A stretch of 64,000 nt of DNA from a virus (Duplodnaviria; Caudoviricetes), in IMG/VR virus record IMGVR_UViG_2595698404_000001, positions 8,962 through 72,961 of that record. One strand, written 5' to 3'. Below are positions 38,544-48,053 of this stretch, in pieces. Every line of letters starts with the position of its first letter. Within the stretch, counting starts at the first letter, position 1. The translations under genes were made by a program, and so were the position numbers. A model generated the notes under the pieces. It worked only from the letters and a program-made list of their open reading frames with translations, did no database searches and was not told where the DNA came from.

Positions 38544-39800
38544 ATGAAGATTCGGAAAAAGCTGTACAAGGAAGAGGCGGAACTATTGGGGTTTCCGCCA
38601 AAACCAAACATGAAAGGTAGAAACCAAGCAGAATACTACATCGAGGAAGAGGATTGGGAAGATATAAAGAAAGAAAGAGAAAAACCAGGGGAAAGGGAAC
38701 TAGTAGAAACAATAAGAAAGCTAGATAAGAACGGAGATTTAATATCAAGTGTCGAAAAACTTCAAAGCGAACCTATAGAGGTTCCTGATAATTTCGAGTT
38801 AGTAAAAGTATCAACTAGCAAAACTACAGGACAACAATGGTTGCAGTATCTACCTAAAAAAGAAGAGGTAAAAATATCAGAAATTGATTTTGATAAAATT
38901 ATCTCAAAGTATGCGAAGCCTTTAAAAATAAATCCAATTGTAATAAATTCTGGATCATTCACTTTCGATAGGCTTGTTTATTCTGATGTTCATATAGGAA
39001 TGGAAACTAATCAAAATGGATATTCTTTATATGGAGGCGTGTGGAATGAAGATGAAATCAATAGAAGATTAGATATTATGATTTCATATGTGCTAGAAAA
39101 TAAGAAATCTAACACCCTAATCATTGACGACTTAGGAGATTTTATGGATGGATGGGACGGAGAGACCGTAAGAAAAGGACATTCATTACCTCAAAATATG
39201 GATAATGAAAAAGCTTCAGACGTAGGTTTTGAATTTAAAACAAAATTAATAGACTGTTTAGCTATTCATTACCAAAAAATTATCTGCAACAACATATGTA
39301 ATGACAATCATTCGGGAAGTTTTTCATATGTAATAAACAATCCATTTAAGAAGTTTATGGAATTTAGGTACAATAATGTTATCGTAAATAACGTTAGAAA
39401 ATTCATAGACCATTATGTTTACGGTAAAAATTGCTTCATAATATCTCATGGTAAAGATGGTAAAAATTTAAAGTTTGGTTTTAAGCCAATTTTAGATGCA
39501 AAGCAAATAGAAAAAATATCAAACTACATCAAAGAACATAAGCTACACGACTATATTATAGAGTTTAGCAAAGGAGATAGTCATCAAAAAATATTCGACG
39601 AAAGCACAAGTGATGAATTTGATTACTACAACTATCCTGCATTTAGTCCAAGTTCTGAATGGGTGCAAACAAATTTCAAGAAAGGTTTTTCTGGATTTGA
39701 GTTTTTCAATTTCAAAAAAGATGGCCAAAAAATACATGTTCCATATAAGTTTATATGGAATGTAGGTAGAGAAGAAGAGACTGTAGATTATTCTAAATAA
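38544..39800 (+). CDS. Calcineurin-like metallophosphoesterase
   Basis: SDVHIG, LGDFMDG, NDNH, SHG and GDSHQ motifs. Confidence 0.85.
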   Translation: MKIRKKLYKEEAELLGFPPKPNMKGRNQAEYYIEEEDWEDIKKEREKPGERELVETIRKLDKNGDLISSVEKLQSEPIEVPDNFELVKVSTSKTTGQQWLQYLPKKEEVKISEIDFDKIISKYAKPLKINPIVINSGSFTFDRLVYSDVHIGMETNQNGYSLYGGVWNEDEINRRLDIMISYVLENKKSNTLIIDDLGDFMDGWDGETVRKGHSLPQNMDNEKASDVGFEFKTKLIDCLAIHYQKIICNNICNDNHSGSFSYVINNPFKKFMEFRYNNVIVNNVRKFIDHYVYGKNCFIISHGKDGKNLKFGFKPILDAKQIEKISNYIKEHKLHDYIIEFSKGDSHQKIFDESTSDEFDYYNYPAFSPSSEWVQTNFKKGFSGFEFFNFKKDGQKIHVPYKFIWNVGREEETVDYSK

Positions 39801-39858
39801 GCAAATCAGCTTATTTCAAATAAAATTACTTTTTTAGCTTATATAACGGATATTTATA

Positions 39859-39938
39859 TTATCTTTGGTACTAGCTTTTTTAGTCCAACATAACCCCCCG
39901 TAATGTTTAAAACCCTTCCTAATCTGGAAGGGTTTTTT
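39859..39938 (+). ncRNA. Candidate small RNA (own promoter and terminator)
   Basis: TATCTTTG at about 39859; about 70 nt with no ORF; ends in AAACCCTTCC/GGAAGGGTTTTTT terminator. Confidence 0.4.
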
Positions 39939-39949
39939 GTTTACAGAGA

Positions 39950-40246
39950 TTATTCATTCAAAAGATATTTTAATCTTGATTCTGTTTTAGAGTATTCTGT
40001 TTTTAATAACATGATGTTTTCTATAAGGTCTGCTTTTTTAATTTGCACTATAATATTATAAGCCTTTTCAAAATTAGACATTCGCATATCTATCAAATGG
40101 TATAGATTGTCTTTTCTTTCTTCAAGCCAATTATCTGTTTTTTCTAAATCATTTTCTTTAGAATAAATAGAATGCTTTAATTGATTAAGCATATGTATGC
40201 ATTGCTCTTTATTTAATGAATTGTAGTAAGAATCAGAGTTATCCAT
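39950..40246 (-). CDS. Hypothetical coiled-coil protein (antisense island)
   Basis: 98 aa ORF. Confidence 0.6.
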   Translation of the reverse strand: MDNSDSYYNSLNKEQCIHMLNQLKHSIYSKENDLEKTDNWLEERKDNLYHLIDMRMSNFEKAYNIIVQIKKADLIENIMLLKTEYSKTESRLKYLLNE

Positions 40247-40386
40247 GTGTGTTTATTTATTAATTACAAGCAAATTAAGCAATAATTTACGACAAAACAC
40301 ATACTTAATATAAAAATATTGATATTTTATATCTACTATAAGGAAAATTTATATAACTTTGTATTCATATAAGAAAAATTTATAGT

Positions 40387-41598
40387 ATGGAATCTATCGG
40401 GAAAAACTTTTTAAATGACTTTGATTTTACAGATGACAACGCGGCAACCCAACCAGAGGCGGCAGTTCATGAAGTAAAAGCTGAGGAAGAAACTACAGGA
40501 GAGGTAGTTGAAACACCAGAAGTTGTTACAGAAGAAGTAGTTGAAGAAACTACTACAGAAGTAAAAGCTGATACTGAGGTTAAAGAAAAACCAGAAGTAG
40601 AAGTTAAGAAGGAAGAAAAAGTTGTAGAAGAGGTTAAGCCTATTGAATTAGACGACGATGCTATAAAAGCTTATTTTAAGGAGAAAAAAGGAAAAGACAT
40701 TGAATCAATAGATGATTTGTTTAAAACTCCTGAAAAAGCAATAGATCCATTAGAGGGATTATCTGATGAAGCTATTCAATTCATAAACTACTCAAAGGAA
40801 ACCGGTAGAGGTTTTAGTGATTTTGCAGAATTGAATAAAGACTTTACTAAAATGACTCCGCTAGAAATAGCACAGAAGAAAGCAATAGATTTTTCTGATG
40901 GTGAGTTTACATCTAGTGAAGCAATAGAGTTCATTGAAAAAGAATTGAATATCGATTTATCTGAGGATTTAGATAAGTTTGATTTAATAAAATTAAAAGG
41001 TTATGGTAAAGATTGGTTAAACAATAAAATCCAAGACCAACAAAAATACAAGCAACCTATTGAGAGATCAGCTTCGCAACAAGGACCAGAAATGGTAACA
41101 CTTGAAAACGGAGTTACTATCCCAAAAGAGCAATACGAAAATTGGACTCGTCAAAAAGAACAATACTTAGAAGGACTACAGAAGTCGCAGGATAATATCA
41201 CGGCATCTACTTTCCAAGTTACAATTGACGAGAACGGAGAAGAAATTAAGATGGATATATCTTATGACTTTAGCCAAAAAGATAAGCATAATATGTTATC
41301 AGCAGCTTCAGACACGGATAAGTTTATTCAAGAATCATTCTCAAAAGACGGTGTAGTAGACTACGCTAAACTTCAAAAGGCAATGTTCTTTGCTCAAGAA
41401 GAAAACATGGGAAAAGTAATCAGTTCCGCAGTGAATAAGGCTAGGGCAGAATGGATTGAAGAATCTGTGAAGAACAAAACCAATGCGAACTTTAGTACAA
41501 AATCTAAAATGCCTTCCGAACAACAGAAAGGTAGAATTGTTCCAATACCAGGAACATCTTCAACAAGTGCGATACCATTTTCAGTTAACGATTTTTAA
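40387..41598 (+). CDS. Probable scaffolding protein
   Basis: Acidic low-complexity N-terminus; directly precedes the capsid gene; TAACTTTG promoter at about 40355. Confidence 0.7.
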   Translation: MESIGKNFLNDFDFTDDNAATQPEAAVHEVKAEEETTGEVVETPEVVTEEVVEETTTEVKADTEVKEKPEVEVKKEEKVVEEVKPIELDDDAIKAYFKEKKGKDIESIDDLFKTPEKAIDPLEGLSDEAIQFINYSKETGRGFSDFAELNKDFTKMTPLEIAQKKAIDFSDGEFTSSEAIEFIEKELNIDLSEDLDKFDLIKLKGYGKDWLNNKIQDQQKYKQPIERSASQQGPEMVTLENGVTIPKEQYENWTRQKEQYLEGLQKSQDNITASTFQVTIDENGEEIKMDISYDFSQKDKHNMLSAASDTDKFIQESFSKDGVVDYAKLQKAMFFAQEENMGKVISSAVNKARAEWIEESVKNKTNANFSTKSKMPSEQQKGRIVPIPGTSSTSAIPFSVNDF

Positions 41599-41607
41599 TA
41601 GACAATC

Positions 41608-42939
41608 ATGGCATTCGATTTACAAGACAATAACCTTAGCGGAATTTCCGTTATCGACAAACCTGCAGGAGCAATTGCAGATGCTTCAACATTCATTACT
41701 TTAAGCTCTTATGCTGATAAGTATGTACCAAAGTTGAAGCCAAAATTACACATGGCTAATGGCCGTGGAAAGATCACTAAGCTTATTAGCTTAATGGGTC
41801 AAGAAGAACTTTACGCAAATGATCGCGTACAATGGGCTGAGGAAGGTCAGTTAAACACTATCATTAAAGGCGTAACTTATGCGCTTGCTTCTGGATTTAC
41901 TTCAACTTCAGATCACAATTTAAGAGTTGGTGATATTGTTTTGATTTCTGACGGTGAAATCAACAAGCAAGCTACAGTTACCGTTATCACTTCTTCTAAA
42001 ATATTTGTTGCCACTCCGGATGACGGTGTTGCTTTTTCTTTCGCAGGTACCGTTTCTGTTATTTGTGATTTCTCTAACTCTTTTGCTAAAGGGACAGGAA
42101 ACTTTGAAAAAGGTAAAAGATGGAATCCAGATGTTAAGGAGAACTTTTCTCACATTATCAAAGAAACTTATTCTATCGAAGGATCAGATATGTTTCACGA
42201 TACTTGGATTGATACTCCTGATGGACCAAAATGGTACAACCATGAAGTAGAAAACACTGGTATCTTATTTGATAACAAGGTTGAAATGACTTTCACATTA
42301 TTTGAAAGAAAAGCTTCTGGTGACGCAGCAGGTATGAAAGGTTTTGTTCCTCAAATCGAACAAGGCGGTAACATTGCTAACGAGTATATCACTGATATCG
42401 AAGAGTTATCTAAGGTAGCTTTAAGAATCAAGCAACAAGGAACTGGATGTACTGAGTACACTATCTGGCATAACCACGAACAAGGAGCTTACCTAAGACA
42501 AATGATGTCAGGTTTAAATGCGCATTACGCGTCAGGAAGCAACTACGGTATGTTCAACAACAGCAAAGACATGGCTATTAAATTAGGTTTTGCTTCTGTT
42601 TACATCGATGGTATCACTTTCCACTTTACTCCTTGGGATTTATTGGATAAACCAACATTACTTGGTAACCTTCAATTTAAAGCTTCAGGTATTGCTTGTT
42701 TAATCATTCCTTCTGGAACGACTTCAGTAATGCGTGACGGTAACACAGTAAGCAAGCCTTACTTATCTATCCTTTACAGAAACGCTGCTCGTAAGAGAGA
42801 AGTTAAAGTATTTGGACCAGGTGGAACTCAGCACAGAACCGATAATCAAATTACTGATTTTATGTCAGAATGTACTAACATGTTAGTTGGTGCCAATGCA
42901 TATTTCGTAGTTAGAACAGGCGCAGATTACTACGCATAA
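41608..42939 (+). CDS. Major capsid protein
   Basis: 443 aa; VQWAEEG motif; strongly biased codons; followed by a terminator. Confidence 0.85.
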   Translation: MAFDLQDNNLSGISVIDKPAGAIADASTFITLSSYADKYVPKLKPKLHMANGRGKITKLISLMGQEELYANDRVQWAEEGQLNTIIKGVTYALASGFTSTSDHNLRVGDIVLISDGEINKQATVTVITSSKIFVATPDDGVAFSFAGTVSVICDFSNSFAKGTGNFEKGKRWNPDVKENFSHIIKETYSIEGSDMFHDTWIDTPDGPKWYNHEVENTGILFDNKVEMTFTLFERKASGDAAGMKGFVPQIEQGGNIANEYITDIEELSKVALRIKQQGTGCTEYTIWHNHEQGAYLRQMMSGLNAHYASGSNYGMFNNSKDMAIKLGFASVYIDGITFHFTPWDLLDKPTLLGNLQFKASGIACLIIPSGTTSVMRDGNTVSKPYLSILYRNAARKREVKVFGPGGTQHRTDNQITDFMSECTNMLVGANAYFVVRTGADYYA

Positions 42940-42955
42940 TCAAATAGTAACATAT

Positions 42956-42986
42956 AGGCAGGAGATTAATTTCTCCTGCTTTTTTT
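42956..42986 (+). terminator. Intrinsic terminator
   Basis: GCAGGAGA-TTAATT-TCTCCTGC followed by a T run. Confidence 0.85.
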
Positions 42987-43002
42987 AATACAAAGAGGAA
43001 AA

Positions 43003-43935
43003 ATGGCAAACAAAAACATCGTAACATTCAGGTTAACTAAAGGGAGATCTCCAGTGAGTTTTTCCATTCCAACAAAAACAATGATGTTGGAAAAAAAGAA
43101 TGAATCAGGTTTAAAAACCTTAAAGAGAGTTCATTATATTAAAGGAGTAGATAGTATTTGGGTAGAAGACTACAAAGGAGATCAAAAACCTAACCCAATT
43201 GTATTTGAAGATGGTATTTTAGAGGTTGAAGCACATAACAGACCTTTACTAGAATTACTTAAGAAGCACAAGTGGTATAATAAAGAGTATGAAGTAATCG
43301 ACGAAGACCTTCAAGCGATTAAAGAACTAGAGCAATTTGAGTTAGAGGAAGCCGCTTTATCTCGCATCAATATTTCTGGTGAAGACGAATTAATGGCCAA
43401 TGCTTTAATTTTGATTGGTGAACACGCTATTTCAATGTCGGAAGCTAAAGTTAAATTAGAACTTAAGAGAAAGGCTAAGGCAACTCCACAAGCTTTAATT
43501 GACGAAATGAATAGTAGTGATTACAAAGTTAAGTATGTTGGTGCACTTGGTATTCAAAAAGGAGTGTTGAAGATTGATCCATCAAGGACACAGGTTCAAT
43601 GGGCAGACGGTAAAACGATTATCACTGTTCCAGTAGGTCAAAGTCCTATCAAAAAATTAAGTGATTTCTTAAGCGAGAACACTGAAGCTTCGCAAATTAC
43701 ACTTCAAGAAATTGGAATACAAAACACTAGGATGTACAATAAAAAGAAGGAAGCTGATTTAAGCGCAGCAGTAAACGAAGTAATTGCTTCAAAAGATGTA
43801 ACTTTGTCAGACGAAGAGAAACATCAAAACGATCTTGAAGAGGCAAGACAAATGTATAAAGAACTAAATAATGGGAAAGAAGTTCCTAATGTAAAGAAAA
43901 ACGATTTAGATTGGATTATGTCTAAGCTAGATTAA
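43003..43935 (+). CDS. Conserved post-capsid protein
   Basis: Position; IVFEDGILEV motif. Confidence 0.6.
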   Translation: MANKNIVTFRLTKGRSPVSFSIPTKTMMLEKKNESGLKTLKRVHYIKGVDSIWVEDYKGDQKPNPIVFEDGILEVEAHNRPLLELLKKHKWYNKEYEVIDEDLQAIKELEQFELEEAALSRINISGEDELMANALILIGEHAISMSEAKVKLELKRKAKATPQALIDEMNSSDYKVKYVGALGIQKGVLKIDPSRTQVQWADGKTIITVPVGQSPIKKLSDFLSENTEASQITLQEIGIQNTRMYNKKKEADLSAAVNEVIASKDVTLSDEEKHQNDLEEARQMYKELNNGKEVPNVKKNDLDWIMSKLD

Positions 43936-43985
43936 CAATAAACCGCATAGTTTTTTAGATGTGTGTTTGCTTTTTCCCGAAAGCG

Positions 43986-44016
43986 CAAAGCCCCTTAGTT
44001 GGGGCTTTGTTTTTTT
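43986..44016. terminator. Intrinsic terminator between convergent genes
   Basis: CAAAGCCCC-TTAGTT-GGGGCTTTG followed by a T run. Confidence 0.85.
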
Positions 44017-44205
44017 ATACCATCCAATCATCTTCCTCTACTTTGTCGCTATAGTCTGGAGACTTTACGAGTTTAGACTTACCGCATAATATTACCGCTA
44101 ATATCAATCCTATCCAAAATAATGTTGTTGTCATAATCTTTAATTATTTAGTTCGTTACTATTCAATGTTTCGGTTAGTTTACAGGCACTAACCATAGAA
44201 TTTTC

Positions 44206-44558
44206 GTTAGGATGCATTAAGAGCAACTAATACAATGTCTCCAATTGTATGTATTCCTTGTGCAGAATTATCCATTGGTATAACTTTTAAATTATGTGGT
44301 AATAGTTCGGCTATTGGTTCTGTAAACCATACAGCAACTTTTCCATTACCTATTCCTTTTCTTCTTGCTATTGGCGTAACTTCTCCAGTAGAAGGTATTT
44401 TAATTCCAAATGTTGTACTCATAAAAAACGGTGCCTAACACAATATAAAAACAAAAGCTATTATTAGGCTAAATTTTAAGGCTTCTGCTTGTTTATTAAT
44501 ATTATTTTTAACTCAATCTTTGTGCTTATTTACGGCTTCAATTTTTATACTCACCGTT
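44206..44558 (-). repeat. Solitary integron-like cassette (B+A unit)
   Basis: Minus strand AAC-GGTGA-GTATAAAAATTGAAGC...GCTTTTGTTTTTATATTGT-GTT-AGG...CCTAAC; arms nearly identical to unit B2 of the array. Confidence 0.8.
44207..44422 (-). CDS. Cassette-borne hypothetical protein
   Basis: Inside the A unit; stop codon within the terminal TAAC. Confidence 0.65.
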   Translation of the reverse strand: MSTTFGIKIPSTGEVTPIARRKGIGNGKVAVWFTEPIAELLPHNLKVIPMDNSAQGIHTIGDIVLVALNAS

Positions 44559-44949
44559 AAAAACAAATAACAGCAACTCCAACACCTATTTTAGTATACC
44601 TTAATACCCTCATTGGATTTCTTTCGTTAATCAAATCAAATCGGTATCTATCCATATATCCTACAGCGGTGTAAAGTTCTGTTCCTTGTTCGTCTATTAA
44701 TACTAGTTTTGTTATTGTACTTTTTCCCTCTTCCACTAATATACCCTCCATTTTCCAACCTCCAGCTATTACATTTAATTTAGATTGATGCAATACACCG
44801 TTAATAACTAATATCGCTTCTGTAGGCTCTCCGCACTTATCTAAGAACGTAGGAACTGTAAAAGACATGTTTAGTTCTTCGTATTGTGTTTCATGCTTAC
44901 CGCAGGATAGTAGGGTTAAAATGGCTAGTATGGTTATTAGTTTTTTCAT
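44557..44949 (-). CDS. Lipoprotein
   Basis: MKKLITILAILTLLSC lipobox. Confidence 0.75.
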   Translation of the reverse strand: MKKLITILAILTLLSCGKHETQYEELNMSFTVPTFLDKCGEPTEAILVINGVLHQSKLNVIAGGWKMEGILVEEGKSTITKLVLIDEQGTELYTAVGYMDRYRFDLINERNPMRVLRYTKIGVGVAVICF

Positions 44950-44952
44950 TTT

Positions 44953-45129
44953 CTATGTGTAAATTAATTCCCAAGAATCACACACAAAATCATTTAGTTT
45001 TATTATTGATGTGTGTTTTTCTGAATTTTCATTTAAACAAGTATGTTTTTTTAATTTTCCATCGTAAAAACTTTTACAAAATTTACAATCCTTGCATTTA
45101 GCAGGTCTTGTATGTGTTGTTGTAACCAT
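44953..45129 (-). CDS. Small Cys-rich protein (CKDCKFC)
   Basis: Manual translation, 58 aa. Confidence 0.55.
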   Translation of the reverse strand: MVTTTHTRPAKCKDCKFCKSFYDGKLKKHTCLNENSEKHTSIIKLNDFVCDSWELIYT

Positions 45130-45131
45130 AA

Positions 45132-45542
45132 TTATATCTCTTTAGTTAGTTTTAATTTGTAAGGTATTAAGTCCTCTATTGTCTTTATTTCATTAAATCT
45201 AATTATTTTATCTTCTTTACTTTTGTCGATTAAGTATGTTATCCAATGATATCTATCATCGCGCTCAAATTCCCAATCACCCTCAAACAAAACCTTTTCT
45301 TTTGCTTCTTGGTATTCATCCATTAAGCTTCCAAAGTATTGGTCTCCATTGTACATATCCGTAGGTTCACTCAAAGGAACTCCATCTTTACAAGGCACAA
45401 ACATTTCTAGTTTTATTTCTTGTGATAGGAACTTAGCGTATTTGGCTAAACTCATAAAGTCCACTTCGCTTTTCATTACACCATCAAGATTATTATCTAA
45501 TTCTAAGGTATACTCAACCATTGTTTTATCTAGTACTTTCAT
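45132..45542 (-). CDS. Hypothetical protein
   Basis: 136 aa ORF. Confidence 0.65.
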   Translation of the reverse strand: MKVLDKTMVEYTLELDNNLDGVMKSEVDFMSLAKYAKFLSQEIKLEMFVPCKDGVPLSEPTDMYNGDQYFGSLMDEYQEAKEKVLFEGDWEFERDDRYHWITYLIDKSKEDKIIRFNEIKTIEDLIPYKLKLTKEI

Positions 45543-45767
45543 AATTTATTTGTGATATTTAGAACCTTGTTTTTCAAAGTATTTTGTTTCCTCTGGTAAA
45601 ATAAATTGTTCAGATATTAATTTTATTTTTTTCTCTTTAACCTCATGCTCAACACCTATTACAATAGAGTTAATATTTACATCGCTTAACTCACTAGCAA
45701 TCTTATTCGCTAAAGTGCTATCTCCTAATACACGGTAACCGATTATACCTATATTTTTTTCATAGTT

Positions 45768-45989
45768 TTATATTACAAAGCAATTAGCATCCATAAAGTA
45801 GTCATACCAAGTATAGCCTTTTTCATCTTTATACCTCACAATACATTTATCAAAGTTCACTTCGGTTATTGTTACTGTTTTTTTATTATAATTAAAATAC
45901 TCTACAACAGCACCTTTAATTATCGATTTATTTTTCAGTATATTATTTTTGCTTTTTGATAAAAAAACGTCATATCTTCTAGATTCCAT
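45768..45989 (-). CDS. Hypothetical protein
   Basis: 73 aa ORF; GGGGAGTTATG start. Confidence 0.55.
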   Translation of the reverse strand: MESRRYDVFLSKSKNNILKNKSIIKGAVVEYFNYNKKTVTITEVNFDKCIVRYKDEKGYTWYDYFMDANCFVI

Positions 45990-46004
45990 AACTCCCCTTA
46001 TTGT

Positions 46005-46205
46005 TTATTGATTATTAATTTCTTCTACTATATTTCTAACTAAATCTCTTGGACTGCAGGTTTTTATCCAGAAGTCGAACGATTTTAATTTTGACATTGT
46101 ACAACCTAGTCTAATTTCTTCTACAGGACCTTTTTTTAAGGTCATAGTTTGCTGCATTTTATTTAGCAGATTGAATGTTTTTGTTTCTTTTATTTGTTTT
46201 GTCAT
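46005..46205 (-). CDS. Hypothetical protein
   Basis: 66 aa ORF. Confidence 0.55.
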   Translation of the reverse strand: MTKQIKETKTFNLLNKMQQTMTLKKGPVEEIRLGCTMSKLKSFDFWIKTCSPRDLVRNIVEEINNQ

Positions 46206-46411
46206 GGCTTGAATAATAAATAACTGTTATTTCCTTCTCTTACTTTAATCAATTTATTTTCGTATAAATGATTCAATATGTCACGTAAAGAAGAAAAATC
46301 AATGTTCAACTGCATAGAAACTTGAACCGGAGTAATACCTGATTTGCCACCTGACTTTTCGTGGTTAGCACCTATAGATTCTAATACCTTAGCAATTAAT
46401 TCTTTATCCAT
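46202..46411 (-). CDS. Small winged-helix protein
   Basis: ITPVQVSMQLNIDFSSLRDILNHLYENKLIKVREG. Confidence 0.6.
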   Translation of the reverse strand: MDKELIAKVLESIGANHEKSGGKSGITPVQVSMQLNIDFSSLRDILNHLYENKLIKVREGNNSYLLFKP

Positions 46412-46517
46412 AATACATATTAACAAACTTATACTAAAATTTGATACAATATAGTAAAAATGTATTGATTGTTTTTATTAACTTTGTTTTTAATATAAGT
46501 TTTATCTATACTACAAC

Positions 46518-47222
46518 ATGGCCTATTTAATTGACAGGATATATTCCACAGTAAAATTCTTTGTAAACACTGATGTTAGGGGCAATGTGAAGCCTTCTGA
46601 TTTCGATAAAGCATTATTTGATGCCATACAAGGACGAAATGAAGAGTACTTTTCTGACATAAGTAGATTCATAAATAAGCAGAATAGAGGTTTAATGCCT
46701 AACTTTTTAGAGAATCTAGCAGATAGATTTAGAGAAAAAGTAAACCATTACCTGGTTGACGAGGAAGATTTAGTGCTTGTATCAGATTTTACGAACCAAT
46801 ATGTGCTACCTGAAAACTATAGATACATAGACGAAATTTCCATTGCCGGCACAACTTCTTTTGAAGAATGCAAGAGCTCAAAGGAATTTAATATTGTAAA
46901 AACATTAGCAACAACACAATATCCTGCATTGCTTAAAGTAGGTAACACAATTAAAATTTATCCAGAAACAACGGAAACCGTATCGATAACATACCTAAGA
47001 ACAGTAAACTATCCTAAATGGACTAACGTTGTTGTTAATGGAACCGCATTGTTCAACCCTTCTGCTTCGGATTTTTCGGATGCAGACATACATCCAAGCG
47101 AAGAATTTGAAATTACAAGAAGAGTTTTGTTGTCGTTTGGAATAAACCTTAAAGAGCAAGATATTCAACAAGTAGCAATGGCTCAGGAAAATACAGATTT
47201 CAATCAAGATAACGCTTCATAA
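46518..47222 (+). CDS. Tail adaptor/ring protein
   Basis: IKIYP...ITYLR..YPKW motif of podovirus tail tubular proteins; position. Confidence 0.65.
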   Translation: MAYLIDRIYSTVKFFVNTDVRGNVKPSDFDKALFDAIQGRNEEYFSDISRFINKQNRGLMPNFLENLADRFREKVNHYLVDEEDLVLVSDFTNQYVLPENYRYIDEISIAGTTSFEECKSSKEFNIVKTLATTQYPALLKVGNTIKIYPETTETVSITYLRTVNYPKWTNVVVNGTALFNPSASDFSDADIHPSEEFEITRRVLLSFGINLKEQDIQQVAMAQENTDFNQDNAS

Positions 47223-47224
47223 TT

Positions 47225-48034
47225 ATGCCGATCCAAACAGCACAAACATATCACGAAAACGAAGACCTTCATGGAGGCTACCAATTTATAACGCTAAAAA
47301 GTGTTGTGGATCAAATGCTATTAAGAACTACAGACTCAGAAAACTACTTAGCGAACACTAAACGAAGTCTAATCGTAATGCAACTTAAGGATGTTCTGCA
47401 AGAGCTAACTCATGAAGTACAGAAAAACATAAAAGCTGTAGAAAGAACCGTTGGCCCTTCTTTGAGATTTCCTTTAGAACAAGATTATGTTGATTGGGTT
47501 TCGGTTTCATTGGTTGGAGAGGATTTCAAATTATATCCTTTAAATATAAACAACGATATACCGACAGCTATAAGCCACTTACAAGACAGTAACTACAACT
47601 TACTATTCGATAGCGAAGGAAACGCGCTTAACGCTAACGGTATAAACGCATACGGCAAACCTTATAAGAAGTATTCTTTTTGTTTCCATGGAAGCCAAGG
47701 AAACTTAGACACTTCTAAGTTATCAATGTATGGTGAATTTGTAATAGACAAAAAGAACATACTTTTTTCTTCGGACTTACTAGATAAAGAGGTTGTTATT
47801 CATTATTTATCTGATGGATTAGAATTGCATAATTTAAAAGAAGAGGAAATTGAGATTCCAAAAATGCTTAAAACAGTATTAACTCAATGGGCTTACTTCA
47901 ATATTATATCTGAAAGGAGAACTGTTCCTGCTAATGAAAAAGAAAGGGCAAAAAAAGCATACCAATCATCATTACATAAAGCTAAAATACAGAAATCTAA
48001 TTTCAGCTTAAGAGAAATATTTAGACTAGCGTAG
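47225..48034 (+). CDS. Tail ring/tubular protein
   Basis: PLEQDYVDWVSVS; VVIHYLSDG; position. Confidence 0.65.
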   Translation: MPIQTAQTYHENEDLHGGYQFITLKSVVDQMLLRTTDSENYLANTKRSLIVMQLKDVLQELTHEVQKNIKAVERTVGPSLRFPLEQDYVDWVSVSLVGEDFKLYPLNINNDIPTAISHLQDSNYNLLFDSEGNALNANGINAYGKPYKKYSFCFHGSQGNLDTSKLSMYGEFVIDKKNILFSSDLLDKEVVIHYLSDGLELHNLKEEEIEIPKMLKTVLTQWAYFNIISERRTVPANEKERAKKAYQSSLHKAKIQKSNFSLREIFRLA

Positions 48035-48053
48035 TCAACCAAAATTATATAAA

